43,740 nucleotides of DNA from IMG/VR virus record IMGVR_UViG_3300024988_000005; one strand, given 5' to 3'. Under the pieces are notes generated by a model. The model worked only from the letters and a program-made list of their open reading frames with translations, ran no database searches and had not been told where the DNA came from. The translations under genes and the position numbers were made by a program. Source of the DNA: a virus. This document shows positions 1 to 10,188 of this stretch, in pieces (position 1 is the first letter of the stretch; each line of letters starts with the position of its first letter).

Positions 1-127
1 CTGGAAAAGGGCGGTCTGGTCCATGGGCCGACCGTGTGCGCGGCGGCCCTGCAGGTCAACGGGAAAGCATGCGCTACGCGGCCGCCGTAGCCGGCGCTTC
101 GTCCACGGTGATGCCGCCGAGGTAATC
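1..127. repeat. Terminal overlap: nt 1-127 are identical to nt 43614-43740 (circular closure of the contig)
   Basis: Both ends read base by base and found identical over 127 nt. Genes run through the junction: endolysin start codon region and promoter-like motif copy at 30-72; 3' end of the 283-aa gene. Confidence 0.9.
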
Positions 128-925
128 CGGGCCCTGCATATGCCCGATCGCATCGAACCGCGCCACGCCGAATACTGCCGTGCGCTGGATCTCCGCCGCC
201 GTGTCGAACCGCGGCACTGCCACCAGCCTGTTGCCGGCGCGGATCGCCGCGCGCACCAGCTGCCAGTCCGCGCCATTCGCCAGGCCGCCGCCGCGTACCG
301 CATCGCGCTTCGCAAGCGCAAACGGCACCTGCAGCGTGCGATAGCCGCGCACCTCGGCAGTGAATGGCTGGCTGCCCTTGCTTCGTCGCGTGGTGCTCGG
401 ATCGTTGTCCAGATCCTTCCAGTCCGAAGTGTGCGGGATCTCCACGGTCGGTCCCACCCACGCCTCGCCGATGTCCACCACCGCGCCCGCGGCGATGCTG
501 GCCGAGCCATACACATCGTTGACGATGCGGTACTCCACGCCGATCACCGGGTCCAGCCCGTCATCGAGCACGAACCAGGCGCAGCGTGAGCCGTCGGGCA
601 ACTGCACTATGCGCTGCTGCGGCACATCAGCCAGGTAGGTATAGCCGGCATCGGCCGGACGGCGGAAGGCGAGGCGGATCAGCGTGCCCGCCGGCAGCGT
701 CAGGCCCACCAGGCCCACCACGCGCGGCGCAATGGCCGTGCCCCATGAGCCGCGCAGGGTGAGCACGCTGGCCGTGGTCTGGGCGCCGCTGAGCCATTGC
801 AGGCGGCTCGCGGCAGCCGGGCGCCCATTGATGAGCGCGGCGCCGGCGTCATCACTGAGCCAGGCAGCGCCGGCGCCGATCAGGCTCCAGGCGATGTCAG
901 GGGGGCGGTTGTAGGAGATCAGCAT
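74..925 (-). CDS. Hypothetical protein, last gene of the tail module (283 aa)
   Basis: Long minus-strand ORF. Its ATG at 925 lies 5 nt after the stop of the upstream 1147-aa tail gene. Protein-like composition; no recognisable motif. Confidence 0.6.
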   Translation of the reverse strand: MLISYNRPPDIAWSLIGAGAAWLSDDAGAALINGRPAAASRLQWLSGAQTTASVLTLRGSWGTAIAPRVVGLVGLTLPAGTLIRLAFRRPADAGYTYLADVPQQRIVQLPDGSRCAWFVLDDGLDPVIGVEYRIVNDVYGSASIAAGAVVDIGEAWVGPTVEIPHTSDWKDLDNDPSTTRRSKGSQPFTAEVRGYRTLQVPFALAKRDAVRGGGLANGADWQLVRAAIRAGNRLVAVPRFDTAAEIQRTAVFGVARFDAIGHMQGPDYLGGITVDEAPATAAA

Positions 926-929
926 GGCG

Positions 930-3900
930 TCAGCCCCACAGGATGATGTTGGCAGTGTTGGCGAGCAGGTCCGGCTCGAAGTCGATCACCATCACCGGCT
1001 TGCCGACGGCGAGGCCGTACTTCGGATATTCGAGCGTCCAGACCTGGCCGAGGTCGAGGCCAGGCAGCGCCTCCAGTTCCACGGTGACGGCATAGAACCA
1101 GCGCGGTACGGCGTACAGTGCGGCCACGCGATCGATCTCGGCCTGACCGTCGGCCTGCTGGTCAAAGCAGCTGGCCACGGGCGCGGCATAGAGCGCGTGG
1201 CGATAGGCACCGGCCAGCGGCTGGGCGGTGCTGGCCACCTGCTGATAGTCGCGCAACATCGACTGGCGCACAGCCAGCGGGAAGTTGAGGCTGGCCTCGA
1301 CCAGGTCGCCGTCGCTGAGGCTGGCCCAGTTACGGCGCACGCCCATCTGGGTAGTGAGGCCAGGAGCAGTATCCAGCGCCGGCACCAGGTCGCCGGACAT
1401 GGCGTTGATGTCGATCGTGCCGGCCGGCTCCACGCTGGCCGGTTCGAGCAGGCGCGAGAACCGCAGCTTGCCGCTGCCGTCCGCCCATTTGCAGGCGGTG
1501 TAGCTGGCCAGCGCCATATCCAGCGCCTGCGCGATCGTCTCGCCGCCATCCAGGTAGACACCCAGGCCGGCATAGCCGGTGGCCGTGTCGATCGCTATGG
1601 CGTCGTCCTGCGACCAGATCACGCCGGCCTGCGCGCCGCGCACGTCCAGCACCTCGTGCAGGTAGTCGGCCAGCTTGATCGCCTGCAGCGTGGCCGGCGT
1701 GGTGTCGCGCGGATCCGGGGTGTAGGTGTCGTCGTAGGACATCACCTGCACGCTGCTCACCGTGGGAGGCACCGGCACGATGCTGCCGCCGGCGGAGAGC
1801 GGGATGCTGAGCAGGTAGAGCGGATGCTCGACACCATCGGTGTTCGTGATGGTCACCGAGTAGGTGCCGGCCTTGTTCCAGCTAGCTAGCGCGCTGTCGA
1901 TGGTCTTGCCGGTGGCGAGCGCGATGTAGGTGAATCCGTCGTCTGGCAGCGAGTCGATGGTAATCGCCACCCTATAGGACTTGCCCGCACCTACCTTCAC
2001 CGCCGAAATGCCCGCCCAGCCGAGATAGCTCACCGCCTGGCGCACGTTGGCCGCACGCACCGCCACGATGGCCGTGCTCTCGCCGGGCGGACCTGGCGCA
2101 TGCTCGGCGTAAGCCGCGCCGCTGGGTCCGTTCGGGCCAGCCGGCTGCAGCGACCAGTGATCGCCCAGCGTCCAGCGGTCGGCCATGGTGAAATCGCCGA
2201 GGTCGATCAACGTGCGCTCGCCGCCGGTCGGCTCCAGCACGAAATCCCACTTCACGTCGTCGAATAGCGCGCCATTGCGGTTGCCGTTGCCATTGCCGCT
2301 TTCCAGCTCGATCACCGCATACACGGCGCCGGCCGGCGCGGTGCCGGTGACCGTGCACAGATCGAAATTGCCCTTGTCGCCCTTCGCTATCGATGCGCTG
2401 CGTGCACCGGGGAGGATTTCGTGGTCGCTGGCATCCAGCCAGGTGATGCGCAGCGCACCGTAGGGCATCTGACCACCGTCTCGGGTATCCAGCGAAATGC
2501 GGCAGTTGGCGGAGATGCGCTGTCCCGGTGTCACCGGCGCCACGCCGGCATTGCGAAGGCGGCTTCCAGCCGATCCGTTGTACTTGACGCACTTCGTTCC
2601 GGCCCACGCTTTTTCCGAACCGATCACCCAGTCCGGCGATGACGATGACCAGCCGGTCATGTCGTCTTCGAACGAGGGGTTTGTGAGGCCGATGGCATCG
2701 TGGTCGCCGTAGCGTACGTAGTACGCCTCCAGCGTGCCCACGCGGATGATGCCTCCGGTGTGGTTGTTCGTCGGCGCACGCAGCCGGGCGGTGACGGCAT
2801 TGGCCGGCGCGGTATCTATCAGATCGATGTAGTCCCACGCATGCGTGCCAGTGACCGGCACCGAGGTCATCGAGCCGACGACATTGCCGGCGTCGTCGAT
2901 CCAGTCCAGCTCCAGCGCGATGCTTCCCACTGCTGCGCTGGTATAGACCGGCACGCGCGCATAGATGGTCGGCGCCACCTGCACCAGCGGGAACTCCAAT
3001 GCGCCAGAATTCATGACAGGCGTGGCCTCCGCCACGTCGCCACCCACGTCATCCCATCCGGTCGGCGGCTGCCCGTCATCTCCCGTGAATGGCGCGCCGG
3101 CGCCGTCCAGGATGTCGTCGGTCGGTGTCGGCAGCTGCTGGCCGCCCACACTGCTGGCATCTATGGTCATCACGCCCTGCGGCTGCGCGTGCAGCACGAT
3201 GTTGAGCTTGCCCGGCGCCAGGGTGAAGTCCGGCGGCAGCGCCGCGGGGTCGTAGGGATAGCCACGATCACGGCCGAAGCCGATGCCGAGCACCGGCGCG
3301 TCGGCCACGGCGTAGGTATAAGTGGTGGCATCCAGCAACACGCAGGGCACGTTGCGGCAGGCGCCGAGCAGGATCGGCCGCGGCTGGTTGGCGCTGGCCG
3401 GGTCCGCATCCGGACGGATCAGCCAGCGCTGCAGCGGCACGTCCAACAGCGCCAGCGGATCACGGCAGGTCAGCTGCACCTGCAGGTCATCGACGGCGGA
3501 CACATTGTCGATCACCGCGCTGAACAGGTTCACCCGATCGGCATAGGTCTGGCCGCGGTTGACCTGGCCGATGCGCACCGGGAGGTCGCGGGCGTCGCGG
3601 GCCAGCACTTCGGCGAAGGCGTTGTCGGCGTCCAGCACCGTCAGCACCATGGCCCCGGACTTGATGCCACGCTGCCATGGCCAGAAGTCCAGCGAGCGTA
3701 CCGCGCGCAGTTCGTTGTTGTCGCCAGCCAGCAGTCCGCTGTAGCGCGCGTTCGGCACCTCGTCGGTCGGGTCGCTCAGCCAGTCCTCGTTCGCCAGCTT
3801 GAGGCCGCGGATGGACGGCGAAGGCTCGAACCATCCATCCGTTCCATCAGGCGCATACTCGAACGCTCGCTGTCCGGCATTGAGGAAACAGCGCAACCCG

Positions 3901-4373
3901 TAGGCCTCACTGCCGCCGAGGCTGGCGGCGAGCATCCACGGGCCGGTGCTGTCCAGTGTCTGCGTGTTGACCGGCAGGCCGTTGCGCGTCCAGGTGACCG
4001 TTGGCATGGTCGTCGTGAGGTCGAGCATCACGCCCACAATGTCGCCCTTCGCCGCCGCCGTTACCGTGGCCACGCTGGCGCCACCGTGATGGATTGCGCC
4101 ATCGGCCAGGCGGTAGCCGTAGCCGAGCGCGTCGCCGCCGACGTAGGTTGCGAGAGAGGCGCCGGCCTGCGCGATGCCAAGGCTAGCGAGCAGGTCGCCC
4201 TTGCCGTATACCAGAAATTCGGCGTACCAGCGACCGGATGCCTGTGGCTGGATGGCCAGCGCGGAGCGGTTGATGTCGGCAACGGCGGTGACAGTTAGCA
4301 CAGTGCCGGATTGCTCCAGTTCAAGCGCCGCTCCGATAGTCGATGTAAATATTGCATGCATTAATGTGCCCAT
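930..4373 (-). CDS. Host-specificity / central tail fibre-like protein with N-terminal SPRY-like domain and CBM-like jelly-roll repeats (1147 aa)
   Basis: N-terminus carries SPRY-type motifs (GRWYAEFLV..., GYGY, GDIVGVMLD, TWTRNG). The middle has two NPSFE/carbohydrate-binding-like segments. Size and position after the tape measure fit a gpJ-like protein. Start could be 4373 or the ATG at 4361. Confidence 0.6.
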   Translation of the reverse strand: MGTLMHAIFTSTIGAALELEQSGTVLTVTAVADINRSALAIQPQASGRWYAEFLVYGKGDLLASLGIAQAGASLATYVGGDALGYGYRLADGAIHHGGASVATVTAAAKGDIVGVMLDLTTTMPTVTWTRNGLPVNTQTLDSTGPWMLAASLGGSEAYGLRCFLNAGQRAFEYAPDGTDGWFEPSPSIRGLKLANEDWLSDPTDEVPNARYSGLLAGDNNELRAVRSLDFWPWQRGIKSGAMVLTVLDADNAFAEVLARDARDLPVRIGQVNRGQTYADRVNLFSAVIDNVSAVDDLQVQLTCRDPLALLDVPLQRWLIRPDADPASANQPRPILLGACRNVPCVLLDATTYTYAVADAPVLGIGFGRDRGYPYDPAALPPDFTLAPGKLNIVLHAQPQGVMTIDASSVGGQQLPTPTDDILDGAGAPFTGDDGQPPTGWDDVGGDVAEATPVMNSGALEFPLVQVAPTIYARVPVYTSAAVGSIALELDWIDDAGNVVGSMTSVPVTGTHAWDYIDLIDTAPANAVTARLRAPTNNHTGGIIRVGTLEAYYVRYGDHDAIGLTNPSFEDDMTGWSSSSPDWVIGSEKAWAGTKCVKYNGSAGSRLRNAGVAPVTPGQRISANCRISLDTRDGGQMPYGALRITWLDASDHEILPGARSASIAKGDKGNFDLCTVTGTAPAGAVYAVIELESGNGNGNRNGALFDDVKWDFVLEPTGGERTLIDLGDFTMADRWTLGDHWSLQPAGPNGPSGAAYAEHAPGPPGESTAIVAVRAANVRQAVSYLGWAGISAVKVGAGKSYRVAITIDSLPDDGFTYIALATGKTIDSALASWNKAGTYSVTITNTDGVEHPLYLLSIPLSAGGSIVPVPPTVSSVQVMSYDDTYTPDPRDTTPATLQAIKLADYLHEVLDVRGAQAGVIWSQDDAIAIDTATGYAGLGVYLDGGETIAQALDMALASYTACKWADGSGKLRFSRLLEPASVEPAGTIDINAMSGDLVPALDTAPGLTTQMGVRRNWASLSDGDLVEASLNFPLAVRQSMLRDYQQVASTAQPLAGAYRHALYAAPVASCFDQQADGQAEIDRVAALYAVPRWFYAVTVELEALPGLDLGQVWTLEYPKYGLAVGKPVMVIDFEPDLLANTANIILWG

Positions 4374-5734
4374 GCATGACTCCCAGCAGGGATCGGGTAA
4401 CTGAACTCGGAGGCAAGCTCGCGAAGTGTCGTTGTTTTGCTAAAAGATGAAGAATTTGACCCAGAAACAATCGGGTATAGCACTCCACTCAAGCCTGTAT
4501 ATGTCGGCGATGCATTCGTTGATGGGTCGCCGTTGATCCAGTTTCCATTATACGACCACCATATATTTCCGTCCTTGACACAACAGCCGATGACATCGCC
4601 GACATCCCATGAATTCAATGCTGGCTTACTGGTCCCCGAGTTATAGAACACAAGATTATTAGAGTAACCCCATCCGTTTGCGTTTGATCCAACAAAGCTA
4701 TTTGTTTGCGCAGAGGCATTGCCTACGCCGACGAACATGTATGTGGCTGCATCGACGATCAAAACCTCGAAATAACCATCGGAACTTCCGTCAACACCAA
4801 AGGCAGACTCCCAAGAGGTAGCCGGTGTCGTCACACTCGCTGTTTTGTTCGAATTCGAAAGAACGAAAGACACGCCTTTCTTCGCCGGATCGAAATAATT
4901 AGCCGTCACAGCACTGACCGACACATTCTGCGCACTCGTAGCCGTTTGCCCATCGCTTGAATCAACTGCCGCGGTGAAACTTGACGATGCTACGGTCGTA
5001 GGTGTGCCGCTGAGACGCAGCTTGTCACCGACAACGCTCAGCGAAAGGCCGTCCGGAAGCGTTCCGCTTGTCACACGAGGATTATTGTACGGAGCGACGC
5101 CACCGGTTATGGTGAGATCAGCGCTATAGGCTGATCCAACGTTACCGCTAGGATAGGTTCCGGACAGATTAAGCGCAGGGGCGGCAAAGGTAGCGCCATC
5201 AGCAAGGTCGAATATCTGCTCTCCTGCGTCACTAACGCGCACTGTCCAATTTGCTTCCCCACCTGCAGTAGGCACGCCACTGATCTTGCCGGCTGCCTGG
5301 TCGAACGATAGCCCACTCTGAAGTGCTCCTCCGACGATTGACCATGTATATGGCGGAGTGCCGCCGTTGGCAGCGTAGGTGTAGCTGTAGGCCGTGCCAA
5401 CAGAGCCGTCCGGCGCATGTCCGGTGGCGACCAGTGGCTGCGCGATCACCTGCAGGACAAACGTGCGCGTGGCCGTGGATCCACCGATATCCATCACGGT
5501 AACGACGATGCCGAACGTGCCCGGTGTTGCTACGTCCGATGCGGAGAAGATGCCGGTGGCGCGGTCGAGCGTGAGGCCGTCCGGCAGCAGGCTGCCGGTG
5601 GTGAAGCTGTACGGCGCCGAGCCGCCACGCGCGACAAGCTTCGCGCTATAGCTGCCGTGCAGGGCCACGCTGGGCAGGATGCCGGAGAGTGAGAGGCCCT
5701 CGCCGATGTCCACCAGCACGATGCGTCGGTTCAT
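4361..5734 (-). CDS. Tail protein with about four Ig-like (He_PIG-type) repeats and a C-terminal SPRY domain (457 aa)
   Basis: Repeated G.APY..... LPDGLSL....G.ISG modules. C-terminal GYFEV...VGVG...NGWGY...GDVIGC..D..G..W.S.NG...YP is a SPRY signature. ATGA overlap with the tape-measure stop. Confidence 0.65.
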   Translation of the reverse strand: MNRRIVLVDIGEGLSLSGILPSVALHGSYSAKLVARGGSAPYSFTTGSLLPDGLTLDRATGIFSASDVATPGTFGIVVTVMDIGGSTATRTFVLQVIAQPLVATGHAPDGSVGTAYSYTYAANGGTPPYTWSIVGGALQSGLSFDQAAGKISGVPTAGGEANWTVRVSDAGEQIFDLADGATFAAPALNLSGTYPSGNVGSAYSADLTITGGVAPYNNPRVTSGTLPDGLSLSVVGDKLRLSGTPTTVASSSFTAAVDSSDGQTATSAQNVSVSAVTANYFDPAKKGVSFVLSNSNKTASVTTPATSWESAFGVDGSSDGYFEVLIVDAATYMFVGVGNASAQTNSFVGSNANGWGYSNNLVFYNSGTSKPALNSWDVGDVIGCCVKDGNIWWSYNGNWINGDPSTNASPTYTGLSGVLYPIVSGSNSSSFSKTTTLRELASEFSYPIPAGSHAWAH

Positions 5735-8700
5735 GCGGTGATGCCCCGGCCGGTGAGCGCAAGCTGATCCAGCGCCTGCCGCGTGCTGGCGGCGGCCATG
5801 GTCTTGTTCGTGTTCGCCGTGCTGCTGCTGCTGCCTTCGATGGCAGCAAGCCGCTGGTCGATGCTCTTGAGCAGCGCCAGCTGTTCGGCGCTGGACGTGT
5901 TGTTGTTGGCCGAGACGCCGGTGGCCGTGGTGATCGGGGCGCCGGTGATGGTGGCGATCAGGTCGCGGCCCAGCTTCTGGATCGCATCGACGATGCTGCC
6001 GCTGGCGTCGAGCACGCTGCCGGGCACGTCCTGCAGCTTCAGGCTGTCGAGGTAGCCGGCGATGTTCGTGATGCCGAGGTCTTTGGCGAGGTCGCCGAGG
6101 TTGAAGCCGAGCCCCTTGGCCGCTTCGTTGTAGTCGATGCCGTGCGTGGTGCTGATGTCCGCCACGTACTGCGCCAGCGTCTTCGCATCGGCGAAGCGCG
6201 CCGTGGCGTTGGCCTGCGCCTGCAGCTGGTCGCGCTGGCCAGCGAGGTCGGCATACTGCTTGATGGCGTCCTGCACGCTCAGTTGGCCGCCTGTGCCGGA
6301 CAGGCCAAGGATGTCCTGCACCTTGTTGTACAGGCCGGTGTAGTCCGCGCTGCTGGCGTAGAGCTGGCGGCCCAGGCCCAGCACATCGTCGGCGCTGGTG
6401 AGGCCACTGCGCAGGCCCTGCAGGGCGAGGTCCAGCTTTTCCTTGCCGCTCAGCGGCGACTTGTCGCCGATGGCGAGCTGCAGCGCGCTCTGGGTCTTGG
6501 ACTGCATCGCATCGAGCTGCGCCTGTACCGCCTGCAGGCTGGTGCCGGTGACGTTGTAGAGCTTCGCGGCGAGGTCTTGCGCGGCGCTGCTGAGTTGGGC
6601 GATCGCGTCGGCCGCCTGCTTGGCGGCGAACTGGTGGATGTTCACCAGGTCCTGCTCCGCCGCGCCCTGCATGCCCGCCGCGCGCGCCAGGTCGTTCGCC
6701 TGGTCGATGTTCGCCTGCATCTGCTTGGCGATGGCCTCCAACGAGGCGCCAAAGCCGGTGCTGACCGGTGCGAACTGGCCGACGAACTGCACATAGGCCT
6801 GGCTGGCCTGCATCAGCCGGTTGTAGGTATCCGCCAGCTTTTCGCCATCGGCCTGCAGGCTCTGGGTAAACGCGATTACCTGCGCCAGCGTTGCCTGACT
6901 TCCCAGCGCCACGAGGCTATTGCCATGCAGGATGTCCTGCTGGGCAGCCAGCATGGCGGCGACGCCATCGGCCAACGTATCCACGTTCGACTGCCACTGC
7001 TTGGCGATCTTGTTGGCCACATCGCCAGCGCTGGCCGCGATCACCGACAGAAGCGCCTCGGCGCCGATGCGCTGCGCGGCGGCATCAGCCGTGGCTTCCT
7101 TCCACGTCTGGCCAAGGTAATTGACCATGTAGGTCGTGGCTTTGCTCTTGACGTCGTAGTGCGACTGCAGCGATGCCGAGATCATCTCAGGCACGGCAAC
7201 GCCAAGCTTCTGCGCACCCTGAACCAGCACCTTCTCAACGCTGTCGTACAGCGCGTTAGCGGCGTCGATCATGTCCTGCGTCGGCGCCACCTGTTCGCTT
7301 CGGTGCTTGGTGCCGCCGAACAGCGCCTTCTTGCCGCTCTCGTACACGGTGCTGCTGGCGCTCGCGCCGCCCGCGCCGATCTGCAGGAAGGTATCCGAGC
7401 CAGTTGGCTTGTACCCGGTGCCGAACAGGCCGCCGCCGGTGAGCGCGTCAATGGCTCCAAGCGCGGCGAGGCTCCAACCCGCTACAGGAATCCAGCTGGC
7501 GCCCGCGGCTGCGCCGAACGCGCCACCTGCCGCCGTTCCGAGCGATGCACCACCAGCCACACCGGCCGCCGTACCAGCCAGCCCAGCGCCTAGCGCGCCG
7601 TATCCAGCAGCGCCGAAGAGACCACCGATGCCGCCGCCGGCATGGTTGTACCCGTAATAGGCACCAAGCAGGCCGCCGCCAGCGCTGGCCCACGGCGCCG
7701 CGTAGCCGCCAAGGCCGAAGGATCCACCCAGTGGCGAGTAGCCGCCAGGCACCATGATGCCATTGCTTCCGGCATAAGCGATCTGTCCGTTCGGCAGGTT
7801 GATGCCGAGCGCGTTGCTGCCAGCCTGTGCGGACAGCGAGGACGTTCCGGCGCCGCCCCACAGGCCGCCGGTGCTAGCCCACTGGTAGGCCTTGTATCCC
7901 TGTAGGCCTTGCTGCACGAAGCCCATATAGCCTTGCGAACCGCCGCCACCCGCATTGCCACCGACCGCGCCAGCCGTCGTGCCGATCGTGCCGCCGTTGC
8001 CGTAGTAGTTGGATGACAGCGACAGGCTGCTTCCAGCAAGGCTGCCAGTGACGCCGAGCCAGCCAGCGATGGAGCCCATGGCTCCGGACAGCAATGGGCC
8101 GAGTATCCGCAGGCGCACGAACTGGCTGATCAGGTCGCTCACGAACTGCCGCGCGATCGACTTCAGAGACTTGCCGAAATCCTTCCAGCTCTTCGTCTGG
8201 CCGGTGATCAGGTCGCCAAACGCCTTGCTGATGCTGCCGGCGGCGTTCTCCCAGAAACCGGCATATTCCTGCGCGATCTGGCGCTGCTCATCGGCCATTT
8301 GCTTCATGTCGAACGAAGCTCCGGCCGCAGCTTCCACGCGCTGCTTCTCCGCTTCCAACTGATCCCTAGTCAGCTTCAGGTTCTGGGTGCGGGCATCCTG
8401 TTCATACTCCAGACCTGCCCGTGCAATCGCCTGGTCGCGATCGCTCAACGTTGATAGCCAGGCTTCCTGTTGCAATTGCTCGATCAGTCGACCGGATACG
8501 TCCAACTGGCGCTTGATCTTCGTGTACTCATCATCGCGAGCAGCGCTCGCCGCGGTGATGCCTTCGGCAACGAGCTTCTGCGCGGATGCCTCGACCGCCG
8601 CGGCATCGGCCACGCTCATATGGCCTTTTTTCACCGCGTCCTGGGCCTTGGTGATTTCGTCGCCGGCCTTCTTCGCCAGATCGCGGATGCTGTCGATGTA

Positions 8701-10158
8701 GGCAGCATCGGCCTTGTCGTATGGCGATCCGGCTTCCCCCTTCAGCTTATCGACCATATTGGCCAGGCTGGTCAGGTCGGGGAGCGCCGCCTTGGCGGCC
8801 TCACGCATCTTGCCGATACGTGCGGCCCAATCGGTTCCGGGATTGATATCTCCTTGGAAGAGGCCGAGCTTATGGGCGCCAGCCGTCACCTGGTCCGCGA
8901 GCGCCTTGGTTTGCGCATCCACCGCGGCATTGGCCTTGGCCAGTTCGCTGGGGAACATCTTGTCGGTGAACGTCTTCAGCTCGGACCACAGATCCTTGAT
9001 GTCGCCCACGAATAGCCCGGTGTTCGACTTCATGCGGGCAAAGCCCGACGCTGTATTGGACGCCATGGTGTCGAAGGCCGTGGACCAGGTATCCACGACG
9101 CCTTTCACGTCGAAATGCAGGCTCTGGGCCATCGCGGTTTTCGCCGCGGTGAAGAAAGCCGTGGTGTTCTTGTTGATCGTGGTGAGGCCGGCGGCGAGAT
9201 ATTCCACTGCAGCCGCCACGGCGGTGGCGATCGCCTTAACCGCCACCACCACGGCATCGATGGCCACGGCCAGGCCCTTCATGGCATTCGCCAACACCGT
9301 GGCGATGCCGTTCATTCGATCGGCCTGCTCATTCGCGTCGCCCATGCCGGAGCCGACATCCAGCAACGATGGGAGCAGCTCCTTCAGGAACGTGTTGGCG
9401 GCGCCTGCGGCCAGATTCTTCATGCGTGCCAGGCGGTCGTTCAGTTCGGTGGCCTGCGCCGCCGTGTTCTGATCGATCATCAGGCCAAGCTTTTCGGCCT
9501 CGGCGGCCATGGCCGCCAGACCTTCCTTGCCCTGGTTGAGCATGGGTATCAGCTTGGCGCCTTCGCTTCCGAACAGCTTCACCGCCAGGGCGGCTTTGTT
9601 TGGTCCGTCCTGCACGCGGCGGAAGCGGTCGGCCAAGTCCGGCAGCATGTCAGCCAGCGATCGCAGATTGCCGCTGGCATCCTTCACCGGAACGTTCAGC
9701 GCAGCGAATGCTGCGGCGTATTGCTTCTGGCCGGCGGCAGCCTTGGTTTGGCTGTCCGCCAGCGCCTGCAGGCTGGTGTCCAACACCTGCAGATCGGCGC
9801 CGCTGGACTTCGCGGCATAGCCCATCGAACTGATGAACTCGGTGCTCACGCCGAAGCGCTGCGCCATCTTCCCAGTGGAGTCGGCGACATCCAGCTGGCG
9901 CTTCACCAATGCGGCGAATCCCGCAACCGTGGCGCCAACCGCCAGGCCGATGGCCTTCCCGGCACTGACCGCCGATTTCTCCGCGTCCTTCGCGGCGCTA
10001 TCGATGGCTTTGCCGGCGCCCTTGGCCTTGTCGCTGACCACATCGAAGGATCCACCGAGATCCTTCATCTGCTGCTTGATCACCGCCACCGTGCCTGTCA
10101 GGCCCTTGGCGTCGCCGGTCAGAACAATGGTGATTTCTCGGCGCTTCGAGTCAGCCAT
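5731..10158 (-). CDS. Tail tape measure protein (1475 aa)
   Basis: Very long Ala/Gln/Leu-rich helical ORF with an internal Gly-rich segment, located downstream of the tail tube and chaperone genes. Confidence 0.85.
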   Translation of the reverse strand: MADSKRREITIVLTGDAKGLTGTVAVIKQQMKDLGGSFDVVSDKAKGAGKAIDSAAKDAEKSAVSAGKAIGLAVGATVAGFAALVKRQLDVADSTGKMAQRFGVSTEFISSMGYAAKSSGADLQVLDTSLQALADSQTKAAAGQKQYAAAFAALNVPVKDASGNLRSLADMLPDLADRFRRVQDGPNKAALAVKLFGSEGAKLIPMLNQGKEGLAAMAAEAEKLGLMIDQNTAAQATELNDRLARMKNLAAGAANTFLKELLPSLLDVGSGMGDANEQADRMNGIATVLANAMKGLAVAIDAVVVAVKAIATAVAAAVEYLAAGLTTINKNTTAFFTAAKTAMAQSLHFDVKGVVDTWSTAFDTMASNTASGFARMKSNTGLFVGDIKDLWSELKTFTDKMFPSELAKANAAVDAQTKALADQVTAGAHKLGLFQGDINPGTDWAARIGKMREAAKAALPDLTSLANMVDKLKGEAGSPYDKADAAYIDSIRDLAKKAGDEITKAQDAVKKGHMSVADAAAVEASAQKLVAEGITAASAARDDEYTKIKRQLDVSGRLIEQLQQEAWLSTLSDRDQAIARAGLEYEQDARTQNLKLTRDQLEAEKQRVEAAAGASFDMKQMADEQRQIAQEYAGFWENAAGSISKAFGDLITGQTKSWKDFGKSLKSIARQFVSDLISQFVRLRILGPLLSGAMGSIAGWLGVTGSLAGSSLSLSSNYYGNGGTIGTTAGAVGGNAGGGGSQGYMGFVQQGLQGYKAYQWASTGGLWGGAGTSSLSAQAGSNALGINLPNGQIAYAGSNGIMVPGGYSPLGGSFGLGGYAAPWASAGGGLLGAYYGYNHAGGGIGGLFGAAGYGALGAGLAGTAAGVAGGASLGTAAGGAFGAAAGASWIPVAGWSLAALGAIDALTGGGLFGTGYKPTGSDTFLQIGAGGASASSTVYESGKKALFGGTKHRSEQVAPTQDMIDAANALYDSVEKVLVQGAQKLGVAVPEMISASLQSHYDVKSKATTYMVNYLGQTWKEATADAAAQRIGAEALLSVIAASAGDVANKIAKQWQSNVDTLADGVAAMLAAQQDILHGNSLVALGSQATLAQVIAFTQSLQADGEKLADTYNRLMQASQAYVQFVGQFAPVSTGFGASLEAIAKQMQANIDQANDLARAAGMQGAAEQDLVNIHQFAAKQAADAIAQLSSAAQDLAAKLYNVTGTSLQAVQAQLDAMQSKTQSALQLAIGDKSPLSGKEKLDLALQGLRSGLTSADDVLGLGRQLYASSADYTGLYNKVQDILGLSGTGGQLSVQDAIKQYADLAGQRDQLQAQANATARFADAKTLAQYVADISTTHGIDYNEAAKGLGFNLGDLAKDLGITNIAGYLDSLKLQDVPGSVLDASGSIVDAIQKLGRDLIATITGAPITTATGVSANNNTSSAEQLALLKSIDQRLAAIEGSSSSTANTNKTMAAASTRQALDQLALTGRGITA

Positions 10159-10188
10159 GGTCGCGGCACACGATGGGGAGCATGCCCA

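Noticed and set aside
1-127. The 127-nt terminal repeat as a biological direct terminal repeat.
   Set aside because: The length equals a common maximum assembler k-mer, and the boundaries fall inside genes and a promoter-like motif with no obvious terminase site. Treated as an assembly overlap; see the finding for how to test this.
7400-8050. Gly-rich, repeat-like stretch that might have been a tandem repeat or CRISPR-like array.
   Set aside because: It is in frame within the tape measure ORF (GGxGG-type low-complexity segment). There are no regularly spaced identical repeats, and no CRISPR array or tRNA was seen anywhere in the window.
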